62,873 nucleotides of DNA from Saprospiraceae bacterium (GCA_017996375.1 JAGOHC010000001.1:1-62873); one strand, 5' to 3'; shown: positions 38,854-48,859, numbered from the stretch's first letter. Notes: a model not told the origin generated them from the sequence alone. Made by a program: numbers and translations.

Positions 38854-39092
38854 ATACATTAAATTGAGTGGCAAAGGTACATAATGTTTTCAAATGCGGT
38901 GCAATTTGCTACATGGCATCGCTACAGTGCGGTTTTTTCAATATTTGGTTTTAACAAAAACGATATGTTTGATATTTTGTGACGCTCATATTTTTAAATT
39001 TTTTATGGAATCAAATTATTTTATTGCTTTAACAATGTTTATTATCTTTTCTACATATCTTTTTTTAATAATATTGTGACACGATTTCGGTA

Positions 39093-39123
39093 TTTGACTT
39101 GTATTGATATTCCCTTAACTTTG
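39093..39123 (+). promoter_or_regulatory. Candidate promoter of the DUF11-like repeat protein gene (-33 TTTG, -7 TAacTTTG)
   Basis: TTTG lies at 39093-39096 and TAacTTTG at 39116-39123, with a 19-nt spacer. The ATG at 39221 implies a leader of about 90 nt. Confidence 0.55.
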
Positions 39124-39220
39124 CGATGATTAAAATTTTAAAATGCGAAAACAATGTTTCCGCATTCCCTCCCAAGTTTACCTCCTCGTAGGAACATAAT
39201 TTTTATATCTAATAAATTAC

Positions 39221-41914
39221 ATGATGTCAAACTTCTTTACGAGTCGTTTGCCGGTGTGCTTTTGCATATTCTTGTTCATAGCTAACATTGGTATGGCACA
39301 AGTCGCTGGTTACAAATCTGCCAAACTTACTAATGATGCCGATGGCAATGGCATACCATCTATCGGTGATACTGTTACCTATACCATTCATTTCGTCAAT
39401 TCGGGTGCCACTAACATTACCAACTTCCAAATAACGGATGGCTTGGGAAGTATGCTTACCCGCGCTGGCAGCATGACAGGATCGGCGAGTATTGGCTCTA
39501 ACTTTACATTAAATAGTGCCTATAACGGCACTACAACTACTACCATGTTAGGATCGGGAGTATCCCTAATAGCAGGTGGATATATCCAAATTACGCTACC
39601 CGTCAGGATATTAGAAACGGCAAGTGCAAGCACGGTTACCAACCAAGCTGTTGGTAGTGGCGAGGCACTTTCTGCCACCAATTCTGATGCGGTTGATGCT
39701 GACGCTGTTGCGAATGATTGCGACCCGCCAACGGGAGTGACCGTTCCATCGGGTAGCATAAACCAAACTTGTTCGGCAGGGTTAGATGCCACCACATTTT
39801 CCGTTCCAGCTGGCAATACTAACTTAAGAGGATTTCTGTCTGTCAAATTACAAAATGATATAGATGGAAGCGGCAGCGTTTCTATCGGAGACACCTTAGT
39901 ATATACGATGCTATATCAAAATTTGGGCAACCTTTCTATAAATGATTTCAATATTGATTTTCCGTTACCAACAGGGTTACAAATTCGTTCACGCTCGTTA
40001 TCCGGCACAGCCGGCTCCACACTTTCCTTGAATACTGCCTACAACGGTACTAGCAATACTACTGTGCTTAATAGTGCCAACATATTAGGTGCCAACGGAG
40101 CTGTCACTATCACCTACAAAGTATTGGTAACAAGTGCAGCAAGCGGCTTAACGTTAAGTACACAGGCAACGGCATCCGGTAGTAATACTGTCAGTAAGCA
40201 AACTGATGCTATTGATGATGATGCTACTATAAATAATTGCGACCCACCATCCGGCATAACTCCGCCAACAGGCAGTATTGCACAAAGCTGTACTATTGGT
40301 GCAGATGCAACGCTGATTAGCGTTGCTGCGGGTAGCACAGACTTAAAAGGGTACTTATCTGTTAAATTACAAAACGATATGGATGGCAACAGTATTCCTT
40401 CAATTGGCGACACCTTGGTTTACACAATGGTATATCGCAATTTAGGTAATATTACCGCTACCAATTTCAATATTGATTTTCCGTTACCGACAGGTGTGGT
40501 CTTGCGTTCGCGCTCTATTTCAGGAACGGGCGGTTCTACGCTTACGCTAAACACAAGTTATAATGGCACAAGCAACACCACAGTTTTAAATACAAGCAAT
40601 ACTTTAGCTGCTAACGGTACTGTAACCATCACTTACAAAGTAGTGGTAAATTCAGTAGCAAGCGAACAAACTTTATCTGCACAATCAACTGCAACAAGCA
40701 CAGAGCAAACCACTATACTCTCCGATGCCATTGATGCTGATGCAGCAATAAATAACTGCGACCCACCCTCAGGAGTGACAGCTCCGGCGGGAAGCATTAC
40801 GCAAAGTTGCTCGACTGGTTTTGATCCCGTTTTGGTCAGCATCCCTATCGGAAGTACAAGCGTAGAAGGTTACTTAAGCGTAAGCCTAAAATCGGATGTG
40901 GACGGCAGTAGCGACATCACCATAGGTGATAAATTATGGTACACCTTAATATACAGAAATACAGGCTCATTGAATGTTACAAACTTCAACGCATCATTAC
41001 CATTATCAAGCTGTTTGGCGCGAGTGGATACTACCTTTCTCTCGCGCAATAGCGGCTCCACCATTACGATGAACTCTAATTACAATGGCACAACCGATAC
41101 TAACTTGTTCGACGCAAATTCATTGCTAAGTGCCGGCGGATACGTCAAGGTGTCATTACCTGTTACGATATTGAGTTGTGCAGCAGGCGATACAATTTCG
41201 CTACAAGGTACGGGTACGGGTACATCGCTGACAACCGTGATGACAGATGCTGTTGATAAAGCAAGTTGCATCATACCGGCACCCGACTCTATTCCGTACA
41301 ATAGCATTAATCAAACGTGTACTGCGGGTGATGATTCTACGAAAGTAGCCGTGAAAATTCTCCTGCCTGTAAAGATGCTTTTTTTCAAAGGCTCGGCGGC
41401 AAGCAATGTGGTGGTATTGGAATGGGCAACTTCACAAGAAATTAACAATCGTGGTTTTGAAGTAGAACATAGCACCGATGGCGTATATTTTTCCACAATC
41501 GGAATGGTATATGCCAAGGGCGCCACCACCCGTGCAGATTACCAGTTTGTACACAACAATCCGCTACTATCCGCCAATTATTACCGACTAAAACAGCTTG
41601 ACAACGATGGGCAATTTGCATTCACCGACATAGTAAAAGTTGTGTTGAATAATCGTTGGGCAACCAAACTGGCTGTTGTACCTAATCCGGCGATTGATAA
41701 CTGTAATGTTATCATCAATGATGTTGCTAATGGCACTTACAGTTTGGAAATATTCAGCCCGACTGGTGTATTATTGTCACAACAAAATATTGTGGTTGCG
41801 AATGGTGCTGCCAATGTGCCACTACAAACAAACAATATGCGATCCGGCATTTATTGGGTAGCCCTGCAAGGCAATGACAAAACCTACGGAACAAAGTTGG
41901 TGATACAAGAATAA
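39221..41914 (+). CDS. Secreted T9SS cargo with four 173-aa conserved-repeat (DUF11-like) units
   Basis: It has a signal peptide. Four units begin G(Y/F)LSVKLQNDxDGxxxxSIGDTLVYTMxYxNLGN...NCDPPSG. A pre-CTD module follows, then the sorting tail VPNPAIDN...GIYWVALQ. Confidence 0.7.
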   Translation: MMSNFFTSRLPVCFCIFLFIANIGMAQVAGYKSAKLTNDADGNGIPSIGDTVTYTIHFVNSGATNITNFQITDGLGSMLTRAGSMTGSASIGSNFTLNSAYNGTTTTTMLGSGVSLIAGGYIQITLPVRILETASASTVTNQAVGSGEALSATNSDAVDADAVANDCDPPTGVTVPSGSINQTCSAGLDATTFSVPAGNTNLRGFLSVKLQNDIDGSGSVSIGDTLVYTMLYQNLGNLSINDFNIDFPLPTGLQIRSRSLSGTAGSTLSLNTAYNGTSNTTVLNSANILGANGAVTITYKVLVTSAASGLTLSTQATASGSNTVSKQTDAIDDDATINNCDPPSGITPPTGSIAQSCTIGADATLISVAAGSTDLKGYLSVKLQNDMDGNSIPSIGDTLVYTMVYRNLGNITATNFNIDFPLPTGVVLRSRSISGTGGSTLTLNTSYNGTSNTTVLNTSNTLAANGTVTITYKVVVNSVASEQTLSAQSTATSTEQTTILSDAIDADAAINNCDPPSGVTAPAGSITQSCSTGFDPVLVSIPIGSTSVEGYLSVSLKSDVDGSSDITIGDKLWYTLIYRNTGSLNVTNFNASLPLSSCLARVDTTFLSRNSGSTITMNSNYNGTTDTNLFDANSLLSAGGYVKVSLPVTILSCAAGDTISLQGTGTGTSLTTVMTDAVDKASCIIPAPDSIPYNSINQTCTAGDDSTKVAVKILLPVKMLFFKGSAASNVVVLEWATSQEINNRGFEVEHSTDGVYFSTIGMVYAKGATTRADYQFVHNNPLLSANYYRLKQLDNDGQFAFTDIVKVVLNNRWATKLAVVPNPAIDNCNVIINDVANGTYSLEIFSPTGVLLSQQNIVVANGAANVPLQTNNMRSGIYWVALQGNDKTYGTKLVIQE
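39308..41356 (+). repeat. Four tandem coding repeats of about 519 nt
   Basis: Units start at about 39308, 39830, 40349 and 40868. Units 2 and 3 are clearly similar at the nucleotide level (for example aaattacaaaa(t/c)gata(t/g)(a/g)gatgg). Confidence 0.8.
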
Positions 41915-41961
41915 TCTGTAAAAATTTATCGTGTTTTCAGAATAACTAATGGGCAATTTTG

Positions 41962-41997
41962 AACAAGCAGGGGTAATGCTACTCCTGCTTGTTTTTT
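41962..41997 (+). terminator. Intrinsic terminator of the repeat-protein gene
   Basis: AACAAGCAGG...CCTGCTTGTT forms a stem that is followed by a T-run. Confidence 0.8.
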
Positions 41998-42020
41998 ATA
42001 CATTTGCATAAAAATTTGAA

Positions 42021-42392
42021 ATGGCAAAAAGCATATACACCATACTTTTGCTCATCGCCTCCAATACCTTCATGACAATTGCTTGGTATGGGCATCTGAA
42101 ATTTAAGGAAATGGACTGGTCAAAAAACTTGGGTCTGGTAGCCGTTATTCTCATCAGTTGGGGTATTGCACTTTTTGAATATATGTTGATGATACCCGCC
42201 AATCGCATTGGGTATAAAGCAACTGGTGGACCCTTTGATTTGTTTCAGTTAAAAGTAATTCAGGAGGCTATTACCTTGATAGTATTTTCTGTATTTACCA
42301 CTCTTGTTTTTAAACAAGAAATCTTTCGGTGGAATCACGCAGTCGCTTTTCTACTAATCGTAGTTGCCGTATATTTAGTATTCAAAAAATAG
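42021..42392 (+). CDS. Small DMT-superfamily membrane protein (DUF486-like)
   Basis: 123 aa with four predicted TM helices, plus the WYGHLKF and FQLKVIQEAITL patterns. Confidence 0.6.
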   Translation: MAKSIYTILLLIASNTFMTIAWYGHLKFKEMDWSKNLGLVAVILISWGIALFEYMLMIPANRIGYKATGGPFDLFQLKVIQEAITLIVFSVFTTLVFKQEIFRWNHAVAFLLIVVAVYLVFKK

Positions 42393-42402
42393 CATAACCA
42401 CA

Positions 42403-43068
42403 CTACCCCGACAAATGGCCATCGCTGCAACGGACAATACGCGCAGGATATTTTTCAATTAACCGCTCATCGTGTGTTGCCATCAAAAAAGCCGTATTGT
42501 GGGTGGCATTGAGTTGACGCAAAAGCAACATCACTTCATTAGAAGTATCCCAATCCAAATTGCCTGTTGGCTCATCAGCAATCACCAAACGAGGCGAATT
42601 TAACAATGCACGCGCCAATGCTATGCGTTGCTGTTCGCCACCCGACAACTGATGCGGGAAGCTATCCGCTTTGTGTGTCATCGTCACGCTTGCCAAGGCT
42701 TCACCAATGCGATTTTTCATAGCTTTGCTGTCTGACCAGCCAGTTGCTTTCAGTACAAATAAAAGGTTGGAGGCGACGGTTCTGTCGGATAGCAGTGCAA
42801 AATCTTGGAACACGATACCTAACTGTCGGCGCAAAAGTGGAATATCCTTACGCCGCAACTTATGTAGAGGAAAACCCACTACTTCGCCCGTGCCTTGCAG
42901 TAATGGCAATGCTCCATACAATGTTTTTAGTAACGACGATTTACCACTGCCTGTTTTTCCTACCAAATAAACAAACTCACCTTGAGCAACATCTAACTGA
43001 ACATCTTGCAGTACAGGATGTTTATCTTGATAAATGACGGAGTTTTGTAATTTTATGATATGGTTCAC
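42403..43068 (-). CDS. ftsE: Cell-division ABC ATPase FtsE-like
   Basis: 221 aa with Walker [10 protein letters not shown], the signature LSGGEQQR, Walker [12 protein letters not shown] and an H-loop ATHD. Confidence 0.75.
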   Translation of the reverse strand: MNHIIKLQNSVIYQDKHPVLQDVQLDVAQGEFVYLVGKTGSGKSSLLKTLYGALPLLQGTGEVVGFPLHKLRRKDIPLLRRQLGIVFQDFALLSDRTVASNLLFVLKATGWSDSKAMKNRIGEALASVTMTHKADSFPHQLSGGEQQRIALARALLNSPRLVIADEPTGNLDWDTSNEVMLLLRQLNATHNTAFLMATHDERLIEKYPARIVRCSDGHLSG

Positions 43069-43151
43069 AATAGTTCGTATTGTAATGTTGTTCTAAACAA
43101 AAATGCTTATTTTTGCGATAGTCAAATTTCTTATAAAAAACAAACCGTAAT

Positions 43152-43541
43152 ATGAAGAAAATATATATCATTGCCATCGTACTAATCGCCGTTGCCATCG
43201 GGCTATTAGTTTCTGCTGCTGACGATATGGGTACGTATGCTACCTTCGATGAAGCAAAGGGCGATAAAAAAGTGAAGATAGCTGGTCAGCTCGTCAAAGA
43301 TAAAGAAATGTATTACAATCCTGAAAAAGACCCCAACTATTTTAGCTTTTACATCAAAGATACCAAAGGGATAGAGCATAAAGTAGTTCTCCTTTCGGAG
43401 AAACCGCAAGACTTTGAGATGTCCGAACAAATAGTTGTTACTGGCAAAATGGGTGCGGACTCCTTCGTTGCAACCGATGTGTTGCTCAAGTGTCCGTCTA
43501 AATATAAAGATGAAGAAGTGTATATGAAAAAAGAAAGTTAA
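43152..43541 (+). CDS. ccmE: CcmE-like heme chaperone homologue, CxxxY variant
   Basis: 129 aa with an N-terminal TM anchor and an OB-fold-like core (VKIAGQLVKD...VVTGKMG). The C-terminal LLKCPSKY has Cys where canonical CcmE has the heme-binding His of HxxxY. Confidence 0.6.
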   Translation: MKKIYIIAIVLIAVAIGLLVSAADDMGTYATFDEAKGDKKVKIAGQLVKDKEMYYNPEKDPNYFSFYIKDTKGIEHKVVLLSEKPQDFEMSEQIVVTGKMGADSFVATDVLLKCPSKYKDEEVYMKKES

Positions 43542-43587
43542 CTTTTCCTACGCTCCGCCAATCCTTTTTTCAAACCACACAACCGTT

Positions 43588-45237
43588 ATGAATATGCGCC
43601 CATGGCTTAAGAATTATCCAAGTGGCATACCTGCCAACATCAACCCCAACGAGTATGCTTTATTGACCGATATGATTGATGAAATGCTCAAAAAATACGC
43701 TAACCGCATAGGCTTTGAGTGCATGGGCAAAAACCTAACCTTTGGGGAGGTGGACGCACAATCGCGGCATTTTGCAGCATACCTGCAAAGTCGTGGATTA
43801 CAAAAAGGCGACCGTATTGTGCTGATGATGCCCAACCTGTTACAATACCCGATTGCACTTTTTGGAGCATTACGCGCAGGGCTGATTATTGTAAATACCA
43901 ACCCACTTTATACACCCCGCGAGATGAAGCATCAATTTATGGATTCGGGGGCTAAAGCCATCCTCATCTGCGAAAACTTTGCGGCAAATTTGCAAACCAT
44001 ATTACCAGATACCACCATTGACATCGTTATTACTACGAGTATCGGTGAGTTACTGGGTGGCGCAAAAAGTATCCTCACCAACTTCGTTGTGCGTTACGTA
44101 AAAAAGATGGTACCAAAATACGACATTCCTAACACCGTTACGTTTACTGAAGCACTCAAGCAAGGCGCAAAATTTACCATCAAACCATTCGTTGCCAAAA
44201 ATGATGATGTTATAATGTTGCAATATACCGGCGGCACTACTGGTGTATCAAAAGGTGCTATGCTCACGCACTGCAATTTAATAGCCAATATGTTGCAAAC
44301 GCGGGCATGGATGAAACCCTACCTAAACGAAGGCGAATTGGCGCTATGCCCATTACCGCTTTACCATATTTTTGCATTTACCGTTAATTGTCTGGTATTG
44401 CCAAGTATTGGCACTAAAAATTTATTAGTTACTAACGCCCGCGATATTGATGGTCTCGTTAAAACACTCAAGAAAAATCCTGTCAACATCATGGTAGGTA
44501 TTAATACCCTATTCAATGCCTTGATGAATCACAAAGATTTTTCGACTATCAATTTTTCACAACTAAAGATTAGTGTAGGTGGCGGAATGGCAGTACAACG
44601 TGCCGTTGCCGAGCGTTGGAAACAACTCACTGGCTGTACCCTATCGGAAGGATATGGCATGACAGAAACTTCTCCCGTAGTAAGTGTAAATCCATTAGAT
44701 GGCTCTGCGCATTTGGGAAGCATTGGGCTGCCAATGCCCTCCACGGATGTGCGGGTTGTAGATGAATTCGGGAACATACAACCTAACGGTGAAGTAGGCG
44801 AACTGCAGGTATCCGGTCCTCAAGTGTTTAGTGGCTATTATAACCGCCCAGACGAAACTGCTAAGGTGCTTAAAGCTGAGTGGCTCTCCACCGGCGATAT
44901 GGCAAAGATGGATGCTGACGGGTTCTTCTATATTGTAGATAGAAAAAAAGATATGATTCTCGTTTCTGGTTTCAACGTGTATCCAAACGAAGTTGAAGAA
45001 GTATTAATGATGAATGGCAAAGTAGCTGAAGCTGCCGCCGTAGGTGTACCGGATGAGCGGTCGGGCGAAGTAGTTAAAGTATTTATCGTGAAAAAAGATG
45101 CCTCCCTAACGGAAACAGAAGTAATTGCACACTGCAAAGAAAATCTTACCAACTATAAAGTACCTAAATACGTAGAATTTCGTAAAGAATTACCAAAGAC
45201 AAACGTGGGGAAAATTCTCCGCCGCGAATTACGCTAA
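43588..45237 (+). CDS. fadD: Long-chain-fatty-acid--CoA ligase (AMP-forming)
   Basis: 549 aa. The AMP-binding motif is LQYTGGTTGVSKGAML, followed by GYGMTETSP and YIVDRKKDMI. It ends in GKILRRELR. Confidence 0.85.
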   Translation: MNMRPWLKNYPSGIPANINPNEYALLTDMIDEMLKKYANRIGFECMGKNLTFGEVDAQSRHFAAYLQSRGLQKGDRIVLMMPNLLQYPIALFGALRAGLIIVNTNPLYTPREMKHQFMDSGAKAILICENFAANLQTILPDTTIDIVITTSIGELLGGAKSILTNFVVRYVKKMVPKYDIPNTVTFTEALKQGAKFTIKPFVAKNDDVIMLQYTGGTTGVSKGAMLTHCNLIANMLQTRAWMKPYLNEGELALCPLPLYHIFAFTVNCLVLPSIGTKNLLVTNARDIDGLVKTLKKNPVNIMVGINTLFNALMNHKDFSTINFSQLKISVGGGMAVQRAVAERWKQLTGCTLSEGYGMTETSPVVSVNPLDGSAHLGSIGLPMPSTDVRVVDEFGNIQPNGEVGELQVSGPQVFSGYYNRPDETAKVLKAEWLSTGDMAKMDADGFFYIVDRKKDMILVSGFNVYPNEVEEVLMMNGKVAEAAAVGVPDERSGEVVKVFIVKKDASLTETEVIAHCKENLTNYKVPKYVEFRKELPKTNVGKILRRELR

Positions 45238-45267
45238 AACTCGCTTAAATTACTTGGCATTACTAAT

Positions 45268-46656
45268 ATGAAAAAAATAGCCATAATAGGTGGTGGTTTT
45301 GCCGGAACACTAACTGCCGTGCAAATTATCGAAAAATCTACAACCGTATGCGACATTATTTTAATAAATGATAGCGAAACACTAAACAGAGGTATCGCTT
45401 ATCATCCGTACTCGAACAAGCACCTACTCAATGTAACAGCCGAAAAAATGAGCGCCTTCCCTGATCAACCCAACCACTTTTTAGATTGGGTGATGCAGCA
45501 GCCCGATTTCGCCGATAAAGATAGCACCCTCGTAGCAAATTCATTTTTACCAAGAGACTTGTATGGCACATACCTGACTGAAATTTGGCAATATGCCTTG
45601 CAGTCGGCAACAGTAAAAAAAATAAACGTTGCCGTAATAGACGGAACAGTCACCGATATTAGCATTACCGAAAATACTGTAATGCTGTCTGTCGCCAATA
45701 ACCCACCATTCTCCGTTAATTATTGTGTGCTAGCTACCGGAAACAATCTGCCGCGTAACCCGCCAATCGGTAATAATGCTTTTTATACAAGCAAAAATTA
45801 TTTTCAAAACCCTTGGCATATTAGCTCTGTAAAAGGCATTACCCAAACCCTGCCGGTACTGATTATCGGTAACGGATTAACTATGGTAGATACTGTTTTA
45901 GGATTGATGGAACAGCATTTTAAAGGAGAGATTTATGCTATCTCGCCAAACGGTTTTAACATTCTTTCGCATCGGCATAACGGCTTGAAATACACAAAAC
46001 TCACTACCGAACTCAGCGATAATATTTCCCTTTTCGATTTAGTAAAACTCATCAACAAACATATTAAAGCCGTTAGAGAATATGGCATTTCTGCCGAACC
46101 CATCATTGACTCGCTGCGCCCTCACACGCAAAGAATTTGGCAATCGCTGACGGAGGCTGAACAAAAAATATTTATGGCGCGGCTGCGCCATTTATGGGGG
46201 GTGGCAAGGCACAGAATTCCGCTACACACTTTCGACAAAATTATGCAACTCCGCATAGATGGCAAGCTGCATATCATCGCCGGAAAAATTTTGGATATAA
46301 ACGAATCTCAAACTAATATAACTGTAGATTATTTTGACAAAAAAGAAAACATCACTCAACAATTAAATGTTTCGAGAGTTATTAATTGTACAGGACCGGA
46401 AACAGACATCATGAATTTACATGACTCTTTTTTAAAAGCTTGTTTGTTAAAGGGCATCATCAGGCAAGATACACTTAAGCTTGGCATATTGGCAAATACC
46501 GAAACTTTTCAAGTAAAAGACAGCAACGGCAGACTGCATCCGCATCTATATACCATTGGCGGTAACCTTAGAGGTGAACTTTGGGAAAGCACCGCCGTTA
46601 ATGAATTGCGGCAACAGGCAGCAAAATTGGCAACACAATTAACACAACAATTATAA
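45268..46656 (+). CDS. FAD/NAD(P)-binding protein of unknown function (YdhS-like)
   Basis: 462 aa with an N-terminal Rossmann motif IAIIGGGFAGT and a second dinucleotide motif VLIIGNGLTMVD. Confidence 0.6.
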   Translation: MKKIAIIGGGFAGTLTAVQIIEKSTTVCDIILINDSETLNRGIAYHPYSNKHLLNVTAEKMSAFPDQPNHFLDWVMQQPDFADKDSTLVANSFLPRDLYGTYLTEIWQYALQSATVKKINVAVIDGTVTDISITENTVMLSVANNPPFSVNYCVLATGNNLPRNPPIGNNAFYTSKNYFQNPWHISSVKGITQTLPVLIIGNGLTMVDTVLGLMEQHFKGEIYAISPNGFNILSHRHNGLKYTKLTTELSDNISLFDLVKLINKHIKAVREYGISAEPIIDSLRPHTQRIWQSLTEAEQKIFMARLRHLWGVARHRIPLHTFDKIMQLRIDGKLHIIAGKILDINESQTNITVDYFDKKENITQQLNVSRVINCTGPETDIMNLHDSFLKACLLKGIIRQDTLKLGILANTETFQVKDSNGRLHPHLYTIGGNLRGELWESTAVNELRQQAAKLATQLTQQL

Positions 46657-46697
46657 CAATCATCTAATTAAAATCAACATCATTTTTAAACAGCATA

Positions 46698-48224
46698 ATG
46701 GATAAAAATTTCTTACAGCAACTCGGGTTACAACAAAAAAATGCAGGCACAAGCACCGGACTTCGCTGGTCGGATTCCAGCAACTATCTGCACTCCTACT
46801 CACCCGTAGATGGCTCGCTCATCGGGAGCGTCAGTATTACCACTTCGGATGAATACCAACAAGTAGTGGCTACCGCAAAAACTACTTTCCACACATGGCG
46901 AATGTTGCCCGCTCCTAAGCGTGGCGAAATAGTGCGGCAATACGGCGAAGTGTTGCGCCAATATAAAGAGCCGCTCGGCAAGTTAGTTTCTTACGAAATG
47001 GGGAAAAGCCTGCAAGAAGGTTATGGCGAAGTACAAGAGATGATTGATATTTGCGATTTCGCCGTGGGACTTTCGCGCCAACTTTATGGACTTACTATGC
47101 ACTCCGAACGACCGCTTCATCGTATGTACGAACAATGGCATCCGTTGGGCATCGTGGGCATCATCAGTGCATTCAATTTTCCGGTTGCAGTATGGTCGTG
47201 GAATGCCGCTATCGCCATGGTTTGTGGCGACGTTTGCATCTGGAAGGCTTCCGAAAAAGCCCCGTTGTGCAGCGTGGCTTGCCAGTTATTATTACAAGAT
47301 GTTTTGAAAAATAATAATCTGCCGGAAGGCATATCTTGCATTATTAATGGCGACTACAAAGTAGGTGAAATGCTTACCCAAGATACACACGTACCACTAA
47401 TTTCCGCTACTGGAAGCAGCCGTATGGGAAAAATTGTAGGCGCGACTGTAGCATCGCGTTTTGGGCGTTCGCTATTGGAATTAGGCGGCAACAATGCTAT
47501 CATCATCACACCAAGTGCCGAATTGAAAATTGTGGTTACAGGTGCCGTGTTTGGTGCGGTAGGTACTGCCGGGCAACGCTGTACGTCCACACGCCGACTT
47601 ATCATCCACGAAAGTGTTTATGATAAAGTTAAAAATGCGTTAGTAAGTGCATACCAACAAATACGCATCGGCAATCCGTTAGATGCCAATAACCACGTAG
47701 GTCCGTTGATTGATAAAGGTGCAGTAGCTGCCTATCTGCACACCATCGAATCTATACAGGAACAAGGTGGAAAAATATTAGTGCCTGGTGGCGTGCTCGA
47801 AGGCACAGGATATGAAAGCGGTTGTTATGTGAAGCCATGTATCGCCGAAGTGGAAAATCATTACGCCATTGTACAACATGAAACCTTTGCACCAATTTTA
47901 TACCTAATAAAATACAGCACGTTGGACGAAGCTATTGCTATGCAAAACAACGTGCCGCAAGGCTTATCTTCTGCTATCATGACAGATAGTTTGCGAGAGG
48001 CAGAACAATTCCTATCGCATGGCGGTTCGGATTGCGGCATCGCCAATGTAAATATTGGCACAAGCGGTGCTGAAATTGGTGGTGCTTTTGGTGGAGAGAA
48101 AGAAACCGGTGGCGGGCGCGAGAGTGGCTCTGATTCGTGGAAGTTGTATATGCGCCGTCAAACTAATACACTCAACTGGAGCAAAGAAGTGCCGTTGGCA
48201 CAAGGTATCAAATTTGATATTTAA
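46698..48224 (+). CDS. Aldehyde dehydrogenase, ALDH7 (alpha-aminoadipic semialdehyde / piperideine-6-carboxylate dehydrogenase)-like
   Basis: 508 aa with the catalytic motifs ELGGNNA and GTAGQRCTSTRR. The N-terminal region and EMIDICDFAVGLSRQ are typical of the antiquitin subgroup. Confidence 0.75.
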   Translation: MDKNFLQQLGLQQKNAGTSTGLRWSDSSNYLHSYSPVDGSLIGSVSITTSDEYQQVVATAKTTFHTWRMLPAPKRGEIVRQYGEVLRQYKEPLGKLVSYEMGKSLQEGYGEVQEMIDICDFAVGLSRQLYGLTMHSERPLHRMYEQWHPLGIVGIISAFNFPVAVWSWNAAIAMVCGDVCIWKASEKAPLCSVACQLLLQDVLKNNNLPEGISCIINGDYKVGEMLTQDTHVPLISATGSSRMGKIVGATVASRFGRSLLELGGNNAIIITPSAELKIVVTGAVFGAVGTAGQRCTSTRRLIIHESVYDKVKNALVSAYQQIRIGNPLDANNHVGPLIDKGAVAAYLHTIESIQEQGGKILVPGGVLEGTGYESGCYVKPCIAEVENHYAIVQHETFAPILYLIKYSTLDEAIAMQNNVPQGLSSAIMTDSLREAEQFLSHGGSDCGIANVNIGTSGAEIGGAFGGEKETGGGRESGSDSWKLYMRRQTNTLNWSKEVPLAQGIKFDI

Positions 48225-48304
48225 AAACACAACAACGAGGGAGGTAATGCACTTCTCTCGTTGTTACATTAAAAACATATAATAGCAAAACATAACATAC
48301 CATA

Positions 48305-48820
48305 ATGGCATCCGTATTAAAAAACTTATCTGATTACAATCAAAGCATTATCCCTTCGGGAGAAAATTTATGCGTAGGTATCGTAGTAGCGGATTGGAAT
48401 GAACACATTACACACGCAATGTATGATGGCTGTTTTAATACTTTAATGCAACATGGCGTAAAGGAAAGCAACATATTTACGGCACAAGTTCCTGGTAGTT
48501 TTGAGCTGCCCGTTGCTGCCAAGTGGCTGGCACAGCGGCATAAATTAGATGCCGTTATCTGCATCGGTTGCGTAATAAAAGGCGAAACAAAGCACGACGA
48601 GTACATCAGTTTTTCGGTTGCTAATGCTTTAGAAACTATGAGTGTGATGACAAGTATTCCGTTTATATTTGGCGTGCTTACACCAAATAACGAGCAGCAA
48701 GCATTAGACCGCGCAGGTGGCAAACATGGCAACAAAGGTATAGAAGCCGCCGTTACCGCCTTGCGAATGGCTGTTTTACGCAAAGACTTAACAACCACCA
48801 AACATAAAATTGGTTTTTGA
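48305..48820 (+). CDS. ribH: 6,7-dimethyl-8-ribityllumazine synthase
   Basis: 171 aa with VPGSFELP, KGETKHDEYI and GNKG motifs. Confidence 0.9.
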   Translation: MASVLKNLSDYNQSIIPSGENLCVGIVVADWNEHITHAMYDGCFNTLMQHGVKESNIFTAQVPGSFELPVAAKWLAQRHKLDAVICIGCVIKGETKHDEYISFSVANALETMSVMTSIPFIFGVLTPNNEQQALDRAGGKHGNKGIEAAVTALRMAVLRKDLTTTKHKIGF

Positions 48821-48859
48821 TAAACATATCAGACCACATTTTTTCGTTGTAAACAATGT

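Noticed and set aside
48340-48801. 153-aa minus-strand ORF
   Set aside because: It covers almost exactly the ribH coding region on the opposite strand, and ribH has clear family motifs.
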